A DNA stretch of 64,000 nt from an uncultured Mycoplasma sp. (GCA_947642635.1 CANRTI010000004.1:5467-69466), one strand, 5' to 3'; shown: positions 1-9,950, counted from the first letter of the stretch. Notes: generated by a model from the sequence alone, not told the origin. A program made the numbers and translations.

Positions 1-93
1 TCTTAAGTAAATAATAACATAACTAGACATTTTTTAAAACGATTATATTGCTTTTAAAAATCTTTTTTACTATAATTATACATGGAGGAAAAT

Positions 94-396
94 ATGAAAC
101 TATATGTAAATGAAGAAGCTTGTATAGGCTGCGGAGCTTGTGTAGCAATTGACTCGGAACATTTTGATTTTAATGAAGATAATTTATCTGAAGTTATTAG
201 TCAAGAAGATATTGAAGGAGAAACTACTAAAAACGCAATTGCTTCATGTCCAACTAACGCAATTAGTTATATGGTTGATGCAGAAGAAGATAATTTTACT
301 GAAAGTTGTGAACATTGTAATGGATCTTGCAATCACGAAAAAGATAATTGTGGTTGTGTAAATGATACTTGCAATCATGACTGTGAAAACAAATAA
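94..396 (+). CDS. 4Fe-4S ferredoxin with C-terminal Cys/His-rich tail
   Basis: CIGCGAC...CP single-cluster motif. GGAGG RBS 5 nt upstream of the ATG at 94; the ORF track starts at 82. C-terminal tail CEHCNGSCNHEKDNCGCVNDTCNHDC. Confidence 0.75.
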   Translation: MKLYVNEEACIGCGACVAIDSEHFDFNEDNLSEVISQEDIEGETTKNAIASCPTNAISYMVDAEEDNFTESCEHCNGSCNHEKDNCGCVNDTCNHDCENK

Positions 397-420
397 AACT
401 TACTTAAAAGGTAAGTTTTT

Positions 421-1134
421 TTATTTTAAATTATATAACATTTTGATTTCTTTTTTAGTAATCTTGCGATATTCGCCGCTTTTTAATCCTGTATCATCTA
501 AAAATGCTAATTTATGGCGGTTTAATTTTTTGACATCATAACCTAATTTTTCAAATAATTTTCTAATAATATGATTTCGTCCTTCATGAATAGTTACTTC
601 TACTAAAGAAGTATTTTTTATTTTATCTATTTTTCGAACTTTAAAATTATCAATAATTAATTTTCGATTATCAATAACTATTCCTTTACGAAGTTTTTGA
701 TAATCACTCTCATTTAAAATCCCATCAATTTTGGCAATATACGATTTGTAAATTTTACTTTTAGGATGCATTAAAATATTAGCTAACTCTCCATCATTTG
801 TTAAAATAATTAAACCTGTTGTATCATAATCTAATCTTCCAACAGGGTATATACGAGTTTCTGTCTTTATTAAATCAACAACTGTTTTACGATTTTTGTC
901 ATCATTTACACTACAAATAACTTCTCGAGGTTTATTTAATAAATAGTATTCTTTAGGAATATTTTTATTAATAGTTGTTCCATCAATAGTTATAATATCA
1001 TTGTTACTAACTTTATATCCCAAAGTGTCAATTAACTTTCCGTTTACAGATACTTTACCTTGAATAATTAATTCTTCCGCTTTTCTTCTTGATGTAAAGC
1101 CACTATTGGCAATTACTTTTTGAAGTCTTTCCAT
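421..1134 (-). CDS. rluB: 23S rRNA pseudouridine synthase (RluB/RsuA family, S4 domain)
   Basis: N-terminal S4 domain plus the RLDYDTTGLIILTNDGELANILMHP catalytic motif typical of RluB. Confidence 0.85.
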   Translation of the reverse strand: MERLQKVIANSGFTSRRKAEELIIQGKVSVNGKLIDTLGYKVSNNDIITIDGTTINKNIPKEYYLLNKPREVICSVNDDKNRKTVVDLIKTETRIYPVGRLDYDTTGLIILTNDGELANILMHPKSKIYKSYIAKIDGILNESDYQKLRKGIVIDNRKLIIDNFKVRKIDKIKNTSLVEVTIHEGRNHIIRKLFEKLGYDVKKLNRHKLAFLDDTGLKSGEYRKITKKEIKMLYNLK

Positions 1135-1174
1135 AATTTCACCTACAACTAATAATAGTATATCAAAATAATGT

Positions 1175-1693
1175 CTAAAAGAAAAGATTGGTTAATATAA
1201 TAGCTGCAATTATGCCAACTAAATCAGCAAATAATCCTACCCATAGTGCATGTTTAATTTTGGTAATCTTGACTGTTCCAAAGTAAAGAGCAATGACATA
1301 TACAGTTGTATCTGTACACCCTTGTAAAATAGATGCTAATCTCCCAATGAAAGAATCTGGTCCAAAACTTTTAAATATATCGTTCATAATAGCTAATGAG
1401 GCCGTACCTGAAATGGGACGTAAAAGAGCCATGGGAATTATTTCAAGAGGCATATTAATATTTCCGGTTATTGGTCCTAATAATTTTAAAATAAATTCTA
1501 AAACATTACTATCTAAAAAAATGTTAATAGCAAATATCATAGCAATTACTGAAGGAAAAATACTAAAAGTTGTTTGTAACCCTTCTTTGGCTCCTTCTAA
1601 AAAAACATCATAAACATTAATTTTCGACTTGACACCATAAAAAATAATAATAATGATAAACAATGGTAAAATTATTTTAGAAATTATCTCCAT
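1175..1693 (-). CDS. spmB: spore maturation protein B (nucleoside-transporter/Gate-domain membrane protein)
   Basis: Polytopic membrane protein immediately downstream of spmA and overlapping it, matching the conserved dacB-spmA-spmB arrangement. Confidence 0.75.
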   Translation of the reverse strand: MEIISKIILPLFIIIIIFYGVKSKINVYDVFLEGAKEGLQTTFSIFPSVIAMIFAINIFLDSNVLEFILKLLGPITGNINMPLEIIPMALLRPISGTASLAIMNDIFKSFGPDSFIGRLASILQGCTDTTVYVIALYFGTVKITKIKHALWVGLFADLVGIIAAIILTNLFF

Positions 1694-2271
1694 TTATGGC
1701 CTCTTTTCCGAATAAAGTAATCTAAGGTAATACCTGCAATTGATGAGCAAGCGGTTGCAATTATAGCAGGAACAATGATTTCCCCTGGAGCACTAGAATT
1801 ATAAGCTACTCGAAGAGCTAATATTGTCGTTGGTATTAATGTCACACCAGCAGTATTTAAAATTAAAAATGTAATCATCGGAGTGGTAGCAGTATCTTTT
1901 TGAGGATTAATTTTTTGAAGTTCATTCATTGCTTTTAATCCAGCAGGAGTAGCAGCACTACCTAATCCAAGCATATTAGCAGCAATATTCGAAGAAATAT
2001 ATCCTAATGCCTTATTATTTTTAGGAACATCGGGAAATAATTTGGATAATAATGGATGTAAAAGAGTAGAAAATTTGTCTAATAAACCACTTAGTTCAGC
2101 AATTTTTAAAATTCCTGTCCAAAGAACGATTACGGGTAGTAAACTTAATATTAAATCTAAAGCTTCTGTAGCATTATTTAAAATACTTTCATTAATAACA
2201 TTAATATTGCCACTTAACAAAGAATAAAATATTCCAATTCCAATTAAAAATGCCCAAATATATCCTACCAT
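1684..2271 (-). CDS. spmA: spore maturation protein A
   Basis: Membrane protein with SpmA-like sequence. It overlaps dacB upstream and spmB downstream. Confidence 0.75.
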   Translation of the reverse strand: MVGYIWAFLIGIGIFYSLLSGNINVINESILNNATEALDLILSLLPVIVLWTGILKIAELSGLLDKFSTLLHPLLSKLFPDVPKNNKALGYISSNIAANMLGLGSAATPAGLKAMNELQKINPQKDTATTPMITFLILNTAGVTLIPTTILALRVAYNSSAPGEIIVPAIIATACSSIAGITLDYFIRKRGHKWR

Positions 2272-3341
2272 TTATTCAACCACCTTTTAAATTTTTGCCA
2301 CCAACTTAACTTTGGAGATTCTTTAACTTTTTTTATATAGATTGGTTCTTTGTGATAAACATTATCTTTTAATTTTACTTCTGCGTAGCCAACTAAATCA
2401 GCATTTTCATAATTTTTTAATTTAAATAAACTAATATTTAAAGATACTTTTTTTAGTTCATTCTTTTTTAAACTCATAAAATAATCATTATTAACATAAA
2501 ACTCAGCATTTTTATAATAGTTTTCATTATCAATTTTAAACTTTTCTTTATTAATTATTTGATAACTTTTATAATTATTAAATATATCAGTATATATACT
2601 TTTATGGTCAGCCCAATCATCAGGATCATTTAAGGTTACAACAACAATATTAACATTATTCTTACTACCAGTTGTTACTAGTGTTCTTCTTGCAAGTTCC
2701 GTAAATCCAGTTTTACCACCAGTAATGTAATCAAGACTTAATAACTTATTTTTATTATGCCATCTATAGGTTTTATTGCTACTTTTACAAACATATTCTT
2801 TAGTTTTAAATATCTCTCTAAATGTACTATTTTCCATCGCATATTTTGTTAATTTTGCCATATCATAAACAGTTGATTTATTGGCATCGCCATTACTTTC
2901 TTCTAAACCATGTGGATTGAAAAAAACTGTATGTTCCATTTTTAAATTACTAGCATAATCATTCATAAGATATACAAATTCTTCTTTACTACCAGCAATA
3001 ATTTCGGCAATCTGGAGTGCTGCATCATTACCACTTCGAAGCATTAAACCATATAATAAATCTTTTAATGTTAATTCTTCACCAACTTCAATATAAATAG
3101 CACTACCAAATGCTTGATAAATAATATCTGTCACTTTAACTTTTTGATTTAAATCGCCTTTTTCAATTGCAACAATAGCTGTCATTATTTTAGTCGTACT
3201 GGCAATCAATCTTTCTTCGTCTAAATTATATCCATATAAAACTCTTCCATTGTCTAAGTCCATTGCAATAACCGAAGAGGCACTAATTGCAAAAACAGGA
3301 ATTGGAAGTAACAGCATTAATATAAATATAATTTTTTTCAT
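2265..3341 (-). CDS. dacB: D-alanyl-D-alanine carboxypeptidase (S11 peptidase, sporulation-type PBP5*)
   Basis: Signal peptide and the SxxK motif (ASTTKIMTA). Sits in the dacB-spmA-spmB operon context. Likely start is MKKIIF at 3341 (RBS aggtga); the ORF track begins 5 codons earlier. Confidence 0.8.
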   Translation of the reverse strand: MKKIIFILMLLLPIPVFAISASSVIAMDLDNGRVLYGYNLDEERLIASTTKIMTAIVAIEKGDLNQKVKVTDIIYQAFGSAIYIEVGEELTLKDLLYGLMLRSGNDAALQIAEIIAGSKEEFVYLMNDYASNLKMEHTVFFNPHGLEESNGDANKSTVYDMAKLTKYAMENSTFREIFKTKEYVCKSSNKTYRWHNKNKLLSLDYITGGKTGFTELARRTLVTTGSKNNVNIVVVTLNDPDDWADHKSIYTDIFNNYKSYQIINKEKFKIDNENYYKNAEFYVNNDYFMSLKKNELKKVSLNISLFKLKNYENADLVGYAEVKLKDNVYHKEPIYIKKVKESPKLSWWQKFKRWLNKW

Positions 3342-3416
3342 GTAGTCACCTATCAAAGTATATGTTTTAATTGAATAAAAAATGTTGATAACATCTCTAT
3401 TATCAACATATGGTAC

Positions 3417-4610
3417 TTAATTAGTTATTATAAATGGGTCAGTTATGGTACCACTTCCAGAAATTTCAATTGATGGTATTAAATAGAAAACTGGTCTAAC
3501 TGAATGTGTATAATCAAAAGGAATCCAATCGAGAGCACCACCAAAATGCACACGCCACCCACCGTAAGTGTTGCTATCACGCCGACCGTAACGCGTCATA
3601 ATCCATTCATGAATTCCATTTTCACTTATTGTTATATTATTTTGAGTTAAGTGCATCCAACTTGTTTTACATTTACTATACTGAACTCCCGTCCCTGGAG
3701 CACCGCTACAGTTTAATCCTGCTTTTTGATATGCAAAGTAATAATCTGCCATATACATTAATCCTATTTTTGCACTTACTGTTGTTGTAAATCCTTGCTC
3801 TTTTTGTACCATTTCTGTTACTGTTACATTTGTAGCTATATAAGGATCAGAACTGTATATATCTCCGTATTTCCAGTTTACTGTCTCTATTTTGTTTTCC
3901 CATCCGCTTGGTATGTATGTGGTGTTTCCTATAAATAGTTTTGTGTACTTTCCACCAGAAATACCATTTAATCCTTTATATAAGTCACTTTGAGGCCATT
4001 TGATATCTGAAGAAGATGTATTATGCCAGTAGAATATCTTATCACTATTTTGCTCTATTGGGGTTTTTTTTATAACTTTAAATCTCCCTGATTTATCTAT
4101 TCCAATTATTCGGTACATGTGTTTATCGGCATCATTTACACATGTATCTTTATTATTTGTTCCAAAGCATAAATAATTATCTGGATTAGTTCCATAATAT
4201 CTTTTAGATAACTCATCTTTAGCTACTTCAGTACTTGTAAAGTGTTCATCCATATAAAAAGTACAATATATTGTTTTATTACTTGTTACTGTTGGTTTAC
4301 CATTAGTTGTAGATATTGCCCCACTTACTATATTGCCATTAGCATCTTCACAAATACTTTTCTCTAAGTTTATTTTATAACCTTCTGGAAATTCTTTTCC
4401 ATCATATTTATCATAATTACCGTCTTCATTTTTGATATACATCGCAAATTGTTCTTTTTTGTTATTCTCTTTTTTTAAAACATTATTATTATTTTTTATT
4501 CTTTCTTTTTTATTAAATAATTTATTTCCACTAAATATTGTTATACATAATATTATTCCTAATATTACTACTATTATTTTCTTGGTTTTTATGTTGATAT
4601 CTTCACTCAT
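3417..4610 (-). CDS. membrane-anchored surface protein, paralog 1 of a 3-member family (conserved C-terminal ~250 aa domain ending ...SVRPVFYL..ISGSGTITDP)
   Basis: N-terminal TM anchor. The C-terminal domain aligns closely with the ORFs at 30347..31864 and 32506..33927. Confidence 0.6.
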   Translation of the reverse strand: MSEDINIKTKKIIVVILGIILCITIFSGNKLFNKKERIKNNNNVLKKENNKKEQFAMYIKNEDGNYDKYDGKEFPEGYKINLEKSICEDANGNIVSGAISTTNGKPTVTSNKTIYCTFYMDEHFTSTEVAKDELSKRYYGTNPDNYLCFGTNNKDTCVNDADKHMYRIIGIDKSGRFKVIKKTPIEQNSDKIFYWHNTSSSDIKWPQSDLYKGLNGISGGKYTKLFIGNTTYIPSGWENKIETVNWKYGDIYSSDPYIATNVTVTEMVQKEQGFTTTVSAKIGLMYMADYYFAYQKAGLNCSGAPGTGVQYSKCKTSWMHLTQNNITISENGIHEWIMTRYGRRDSNTYGGWRVHFGGALDWIPFDYTHSVRPVFYLIPSIEISGSGTITDPFIITN

Positions 4611-4639
4611 AATTAAGTCCTCTTTCTTATTTTTACTTA

Positions 4640-4666
4640 ATTATAAGATACCCCCCCCGGTTGCAA
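4640..4666 (-). promoter_or_regulatory. candidate sigma-A promoter of paralog 1 with G8 homopolymer in the -35/-10 spacer
   Basis: On the coding strand: TTGCAA, then CC+GGGGGGGG+TATCT (15 nt), then TATAAT, then the AGAGGA RBS and ATG at 4610. Confidence 0.4.
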
Positions 4667-4740
4667 GTTTTATTGTTTTTTTATCCGAATTTTTGTTAAA
4701 AAAAATATAGATAATTTTGATATCTATATTTTCTTTTAAA

Positions 4741-5202
4741 TTAATTAGTAGCTTTTTTAGTTTTTGTAGTTGTTGTTTTAGTTTTTTTAACTTCTTTTGG
4801 AGTATTATCTTCTAACTTAGCTGCGGTATTTTTCAACAATTCTGCGGTTTTAGTTTTAACTTTTTTAGCAGTTTTTTCAACAATTGGTGTTCCTTTTTGA
4901 ATTGCTAAATCAACTAATTCTTGAGCTTTAATTTTAATTTCTTTAGATTTGTCTATAATTAATTGTTTTGCAGTTTCTTTGTCTAAATCTTTAATAGTAT
5001 TTTGTAATTCTCTTGATTTTACAATAATAGCATTTTTAACTTCTACTAAATCAATTTCTTTAGCTTTTTCAATCAATTCTTCAATAGCTTTTCCTAAATC
5101 TTCTCTTGTTTCTTTGCCACTTTTAGGAGCAAATAATAATCCTAGTCCTAATCCAATTCCTGCTCCTAATAAGAAATGCCCTTTTTTACTCATTTTCTTC
5201 AC
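4741..5202 (-). CDS. YtxH-like general stress protein (DUF948 family, Gly-zipper N-terminus)
   Basis: GAGIGLGLGLLFAPKSGKETREDL N-terminus with a K/E-rich coiled tail. Adjacent to a ytxG-like gene. Confidence 0.55.
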   Translation of the reverse strand: MKKMSKKGHFLLGAGIGLGLGLLFAPKSGKETREDLGKAIEELIEKAKEIDLVEVKNAIIVKSRELQNTIKDLDKETAKQLIIDKSKEIKIKAQELVDLAIQKGTPIVEKTAKKVKTKTAELLKNTAAKLEDNTPKEVKKTKTTTTKTKKATN

Positions 5203-5482
5203 TCTCCATATCTTCTTTCTTATCTTTATAAAATAATTTTAACACAAAACTTTCAATAGTGCCAATAACTGATGCAATGACATTATTTACTTTATCCGAA
5301 ATTAAGCCAAAAGTATCAAATAATGGTTTTATTCTTTCAACTTTTTCATTAACGCTATCAATAAAAGCATTAACTTTATCAATAGTAATTATAAGCTTAA
5401 TTCCTAAAACTATTCCTACCACTATTATTATTATCAATAAAAAGTAAATTATAATTGGTAATAATTGTAACAAAAATTCCAT
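5186..5482 (-). CDS. DUF948/YtxG-like membrane protein
   Basis: Single N-terminal TM followed by a coiled segment, in the ytxG-ytxH operon context. Confidence 0.5.
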   Translation of the reverse strand: MEFLLQLLPIIIYFLLIIIIVVGIVLGIKLIITIDKVNAFIDSVNEKVERIKPLFDTFGLISDKVNNVIASVIGTIESFVLKLFYKDKKEDMESEENE

Positions 5483-5486
5483 TTAA

Positions 5487-6356
5487 CTAGTCCTCCTCTC
5501 TTTCATCATACATCGAATCAATTAATTCAAATAAATCACTATCTAATGTATCATCTAAATCTTTATCTTCATTAGAACGATTAAAATCAATTTTTTCTAA
5601 TTCTTCTTCAATAGCATCTAAATTGTTAGCTTTAGGAATTTCCAAAGTATCTTCTAATTCAATAGTATCAGATGCATCTTCTAAAAGCGAATCAATCGAA
5701 CGATAATCTTCTTTATTGCTAGAAGAAGTAACACTATCTTTTTCTTCAAAAAATGTAACAACAGGATCATCGATAGTTTCAATTGTATCAATAGAGTCGA
5801 TTACATCATTTTTATTTAAATAGCTATAATCAGGTTTTGGTTCTTCTTTTTTCTCAAAAGCTTTCTTTCTTACTTCTTCTATATTAATAGTAGATGCATA
5901 ATCTTTTTTACTAATAATTTCGTCCGCCTTATAATCTTGATTTAAAATGCCATATACCGGTGAAATTATTGGAGATGGTCGAAATTTTTTCTTATCAACA
6001 TATTCTTTATTTTCAACTCGGTCTAAACGACTATGATTATCAGCTCTTTTTTCACTAATTTTTTTTCTTTCATAATCTAAAACATTGGCTTTTGGTTTAT
6101 TTGCATTTAAATTTGTAATAAATTCATCTTCATCAAATTCCGGAAAATTAAAACTATTCTCTGGCTTAAACAAATCTCTTTCACTAGGAACTTCTCTAGT
6201 AATTGGAGCAGGCATATTCTCCACTTTAGGGGTAGATTCTATTTTAACAATCTTTGGTTCATCAACTTTTTCTTCACGAACCTTAATTTGTTCTGTATAC
6301 TCTTCCTCTTCAAATAATATATCTTTTAATTTTTTGACAAAACTCATAGGAATCAC
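5487..6356 (-). CDS. highly acidic (D/E-rich) hypothetical protein
   Basis: Long ORF with consistent codon usage. Low-complexity acidic composition. Confidence 0.4.
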   Translation of the reverse strand: MIPMSFVKKLKDILFEEEEYTEQIKVREEKVDEPKIVKIESTPKVENMPAPITREVPSERDLFKPENSFNFPEFDEDEFITNLNANKPKANVLDYERKKISEKRADNHSRLDRVENKEYVDKKKFRPSPIISPVYGILNQDYKADEIISKKDYASTINIEEVRKKAFEKKEEPKPDYSYLNKNDVIDSIDTIETIDDPVVTFFEEKDSVTSSSNKEDYRSIDSLLEDASDTIELEDTLEIPKANNLDAIEEELEKIDFNRSNEDKDLDDTLDSDLFELIDSMYDEREED

Positions 6357-6360
6357 CTTT

Positions 6361-7011
6361 CTAATTTATAAAGTCACTATCAATTATTTTATCCGAATCA
6401 TTTGTACTTCCTTCTTCTACATCGCCATAATCTAGCACATTAGAATTATTTTTCTTCTTTTCAAAAATATTAAATGATTCTTCAGTATAATTTAAATCAT
6501 CATCATTAAGCAAATTCTCAATAACTTTATCATTATATTTTATACTATTTAAAATACTAATGGAATTAATTAGAGCTTCATTGATAAAACTCTTTTCTAC
6601 CATTACTTCTATTTTAGCATAATTATACATAATTTCAATCAAATATTTGTTATTTTCTTGTAAAATTACCTCAATATACCCTTGTTTATCTGCATGAGCA
6701 ATTTTTTTGGAATAACTAGCATCTTGGTTAATTTTATAATTTATTGTATTTTTCTTTAAATAACTTACCATATCAATATATAAATAATAATTAATTTTTT
6801 CACTGGCAAATATAATGTAATTTGTTCCTGCTTCATCTATTTTTAAAGATTTTGGAACATAAAAAGAAAAACCTTTTCTATGAGAATTAACTTGTTTGGC
6901 ATCAATACTAAAACCAGTAAGTATTTCTTCATAACTTAAGTTTTCAATATTTACACAACCACATAGCATTGTAATGATTAATCCAATTAATAATAGTTTT
7001 TTTGTTTTCAT
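6361..7011 (-). CDS. putative lipoprotein
   Basis: Signal peptide with a lipobox-like LCGC sequence. Confidence 0.5.
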   Translation of the reverse strand: MKTKKLLLIGLIITMLCGCVNIENLSYEEILTGFSIDAKQVNSHRKGFSFYVPKSLKIDEAGTNYIIFASEKINYYLYIDMVSYLKKNTINYKINQDASYSKKIAHADKQGYIEVILQENNKYLIEIMYNYAKIEVMVEKSFINEALINSISILNSIKYNDKVIENLLNDDDLNYTEESFNIFEKKKNNSNVLDYGDVEEGSTNDSDKIIDSDFIN

Positions 7012-7037
7012 ATTTACTCCATAATTATTATAACAAT

Positions 7038-7640
7038 TTATTTAATTGCTTTCAAATATTTTATTTTGATTCCCTCTTTACTAAAACGCTCTTCATACTC
7101 TGTAGTAATATTTTCTATATTTGTACTATGTAAATCATAAATAAGAGAAGTTATTTCATATCCATAATCTTTTAAACTTTCTAAACTATAATTAAATAAA
7201 TCTAAATTATCAGTTTTTTGAATTATTTCACATTTATTAATAAATAACTTATCATATAATTTTAAAAATTCTTTAGATGTAAGACGCCTTTTAGCATGGC
7301 GTTTTTTTGGCCATGGATCAGAAAAATTCAAATAAATTACTGATACTTTCTTAGCTAATAATTCTTCTAAATTTTGAATATCACTAATAATAACTTTTAA
7401 ATTCGGTAGCTCAAAATCCCGAATTTTTTTAATGGCTATACTTCCAACACTTGAATATTTTTCAATTCCAATAAAATTAATTTCCGGGTGATTAAGCGCC
7501 ATATTTAAAATAAATTGACCCTTTCCCATACCTATTTCAATATGTAATTGTTGTTCTTTAACAAAATTAATTGTATCAGTTATTAAAAATTCACAATTAT
7601 TAATTACTTCTTCTTTATCTTTTGGATTACGCATACGCAT
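7038..7640 (-). CDS. trmB: tRNA (guanine46-N7)-methyltransferase
   Basis: MRMR N-terminus as in Bacillus TrmB. SAM-binding IGMGKG motif and LNFSDPWPKKRHAKRRL motif. Confidence 0.85.
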   Translation of the reverse strand: MRMRNPKDKEEVINNCEFLITDTINFVKEQQLHIEIGMGKGQFILNMALNHPEINFIGIEKYSSVGSIAIKKIRDFELPNLKVIISDIQNLEELLAKKVSVIYLNFSDPWPKKRHAKRRLTSKEFLKLYDKLFINKCEIIQKTDNLDLFNYSLESLKDYGYEITSLIYDLHSTNIENITTEYEERFSKEGIKIKYLKAIK

Positions 7641-7689
7641 AAAAAATCACATCCCAACTTTTAACATATAATGTTGATAGGAGGTATTT

Positions 7690-7992
7690 ATGAAAAAATC
7701 TAGAAATTCATTTTTTTCTGAAAGTAACTTTCAAGCATACAATCCTAACATGAACATGCAACCAAATAATGGTGGAGCCCCTTTCCAAACAGCAAGTAAC
7801 TATTTTTATCAAGGACCCATGCCTAATAATTATAACACAATGCCTAGTGGAAGTGATATAGAAAGTCGCTTAGCTAAAATAGAAAGACAAATTAATCGGA
7901 TTGAGTATCGCTTAAAAAATATTGAAAATTCAACTAATATTATTACTTCAGAAGATTTTGAAAATAATACAACTAATATGTATATGCTCTAA
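7690..7992 (+). CDS. hypothetical N/Q/P-rich protein with C-terminal coiled coil
   Basis: ORF with an RBS (taggaggt). Composition is disordered. Confidence 0.4.
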   Translation: MKKSRNSFFSESNFQAYNPNMNMQPNNGGAPFQTASNYFYQGPMPNNYNTMPSGSDIESRLAKIERQINRIEYRLKNIENSTNIITSEDFENNTTNMYML

Positions 7993-8014
7993 ACTTGGGT
8001 TTTCCTGGGTTTTT

Positions 8015-8182
8015 TTAATGATAGATTACTACTGCACTAAAACAATATATTTGCTCTTCCCCATTAATAGCGAGTGCTACTTGATATTTTATATCGATAA
8101 CATCTATATCGTTACTTAAAAAGCTATTGATACTTTCTTCTAAATCTTTTTCATTTTCTTCATCAAAAACTTTAACTTTCAT
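8015..8182 (-). CDS. cse60: sporulation protein Cse60 family (55 aa)
   Basis: Translates to MKVKVFDEENEKDLEESINSFLSNDIDVIDIKYQVALAINGEEQIYCFSAVVIYH, which closely matches Bacillus Cse60 (YteV). Too short to appear in the ORF track. Confidence 0.65.
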   Translation of the reverse strand: MKVKVFDEENEKDLEESINSFLSNDIDVIDIKYQVALAINGEEQIYCFSAVVIYH

Positions 8183-8333
8183 TATCTATTCACCTATTAT
8201 TACTATACATTATTGAAAGAGATTTTTTTGTCAAAAAAACAGCGATTTCAATTTTTTAGTATTATATTTAAAAAAATGTAAAAAAACTGTTAATTTTGAG
8301 GAATTATGCTATAATTTTAAGAGGTGATGCGAG

Positions 8334-9950
8334 ATGAAAGATAAAATTTTGATTTTTGGGCATAAAAATCCCGATACAGATAGCGTTTGTAGTGCAATTA
8401 GCTTATCATATTTAAAAAATACTTTAGGATATAATACAGAACCTAGGATTTTATCAGGGATTAATGATGAAACTAAATTTGTTTTAAATCGTTTTGGTTT
8501 CAAGATACCGGAAATTTTAACAGATGTAAAGTTAAAAATTAGTGATGTAAATTATCACAAAGATTTTAATATTAGTATTAAAGAATCAGTTTATAATTCT
8601 TTTTTCGAAATGCAAAAAGCTAATATGAGTACAATTCCTTTAATAGATGAAAATGGAACATTTATGGGAGCTTTTGCTATGAAAGATATAGCTAAAAGAG
8701 AAATTTTAGAAGATAATAAAACTTTAAAAGCAACTTTTAGACATATTTTAGAAACTATCAATGGAGAAGAAATTCTAAAGTTTGATGACAAAATAAATGG
8801 AAATATTTTAAATATTGCGATAAGAAGTACAACTTTTAATACTAAGCATGATTTTAATAAAGATACTATTTTAATTGTAGGTGATCGACATGCTATAATT
8901 GAAGAAGCTCTTAAAAAAGGAATTAAACTTTTAATTATAACGAGTGATCATGAATTAAAAAATGAACATTTAGAACTTGCTAAAGAAAATAAAGTTAATG
9001 TTATTTATACAAGATTAGATTCATATGATACATTAATGAAAATTGGTTTTGCTAATACAATTGAAAATTATCGCTATACAAAAGATTTAGTATGCGTAAC
9101 TGATGAAACTGATGTAACTGAATTAAATGAAATTATTAATAAGACTAAGCATAGTTATTATCCAGTAATTGATAAAAATAATAAATGTTTAGGTTTAATT
9201 AAATTAGCAGATTTAAATGATTTTAAACCTAAAAAAGTTATACTAGTAGATCATAATCAAAAAGTTCAAAGTGCTGAGGGACTAGAAGAAGCTGAATTAG
9301 TAGAAATAGTTGATCATCATAATTTAGGAATTATTGGAACTAGTCAACCAATTAATGTTCGGAATATGACTGTAGGGAGTACTTGTACAATACTTTATGG
9401 TTTATTTGAAGAATATAATGTTGAAATTCCTCAAAATATAGCGGCATTACTTTTAAGTGGAATTATCTCTGATACCCTTCTTTTAAAAAGTCCAACTGCT
9501 ACAGAAACTGATAAAAAAGTATTAGATGAATTAATTAAAATAACTGGTTTAAATGCTGAAGAATATGCTATTGAAATGTTTAAAGCTAATGATTCAATTC
9601 CTAGTAAAACTATTAGTGAAGTATTAAATATTGATTGTAAGAAATATCAAGCTAATGAAAAAGAAATCGTTATCAATCAAGTAACAACTTTAAATTCAGA
9701 TGCTATCTTAGATAAACAAGCAGATTATATAAATTATTTAAATGAAGAATGTGCAAATAAAAATTATGAAGTTTTTGTATGTGTAATTACTGATATCTTT
9801 AAAAATGGTTCATATATTATTTTTAATGAAAATGCTTTAAATATTGTTCAAACTGCTTTTGGTGAAAATGTTCAAGAAGGAGATTTTATTCCAGAATTAG
9901 TTTCTCGAAAAAAACAAATTTTGCCACCTTTGATGGAAGCAATAAAATAA
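8334..9950 (+). CDS. ppaC: manganese-dependent inorganic pyrophosphatase, family II with CBS-domain insertion (CBS-PPase)
   Basis: DHH motifs (HKNPDTDS, DHNQ, DHH), a DHHA2 C-terminus and inserted CBS pair. Confidence 0.85.
   Translation: MKDKILIFGHKNPDTDSVCSAISLSYLKNTLGYNTEPRILSGINDETKFVLNRFGFKIPEILTDVKLKISDVNYHKDFNISIKESVYNSFFEMQKANMSTIPLIDENGTFMGAFAMKDIAKREILEDNKTLKATFRHILETINGEEILKFDDKINGNILNIAIRSTTFNTKHDFNKDTILIVGDRHAIIEEALKKGIKLLIITSDHELKNEHLELAKENKVNVIYTRLDSYDTLMKIGFANTIENYRYTKDLVCVTDETDVTELNEIINKTKHSYYPVIDKNNKCLGLIKLADLNDFKPKKVILVDHNQKVQSAEGLEEAELVEIVDHHNLGIIGTSQPINVRNMTVGSTCTILYGLFEEYNVEIPQNIAALLLSGIISDTLLLKSPTATETDKKVLDELIKITGLNAEEYAIEMFKANDSIPSKTISEVLNIDCKKYQANEKEIVINQVTTLNSDAILDKQADYINYLNEECANKNYEVFVCVITDIFKNGSYIIFNENALNIVQTAFGENVQEGDFIPELVSRKKQILPPLMEAIK

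Noticed and set aside
149-361. Short ORFs embedded in or antisense to larger genes (149..361, 1293..1613, 2042..2227, 4432..4710, 4949..5236, 5259..5447, 6085..6435, 11661..11858, 15870..16217, 17242..17454, 18917..19099, 26625..26807, 30529..30780, 31078..31266, 33305..33493, 37526..37729, 38991..39212, 41046..41243, 43646..43828, 45402..45629, 54275..54493, 56398..56604, 57964..58367, 60267..60564, 61134..61340, 63024..63242)
   Set aside because: They overlap well-supported longer genes on the other strand or frame. Their composition is low-complexity I/L/F/K-rich, as expected from AT-rich antisense sequence, and they have no RBS support.
7991-8016. Possible terminator (cttgggttttcctgggtttttt) after the 7690..7992 gene
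   Set aside because: The two GGG-containing halves are direct, not inverted, so no stable hairpin forms.
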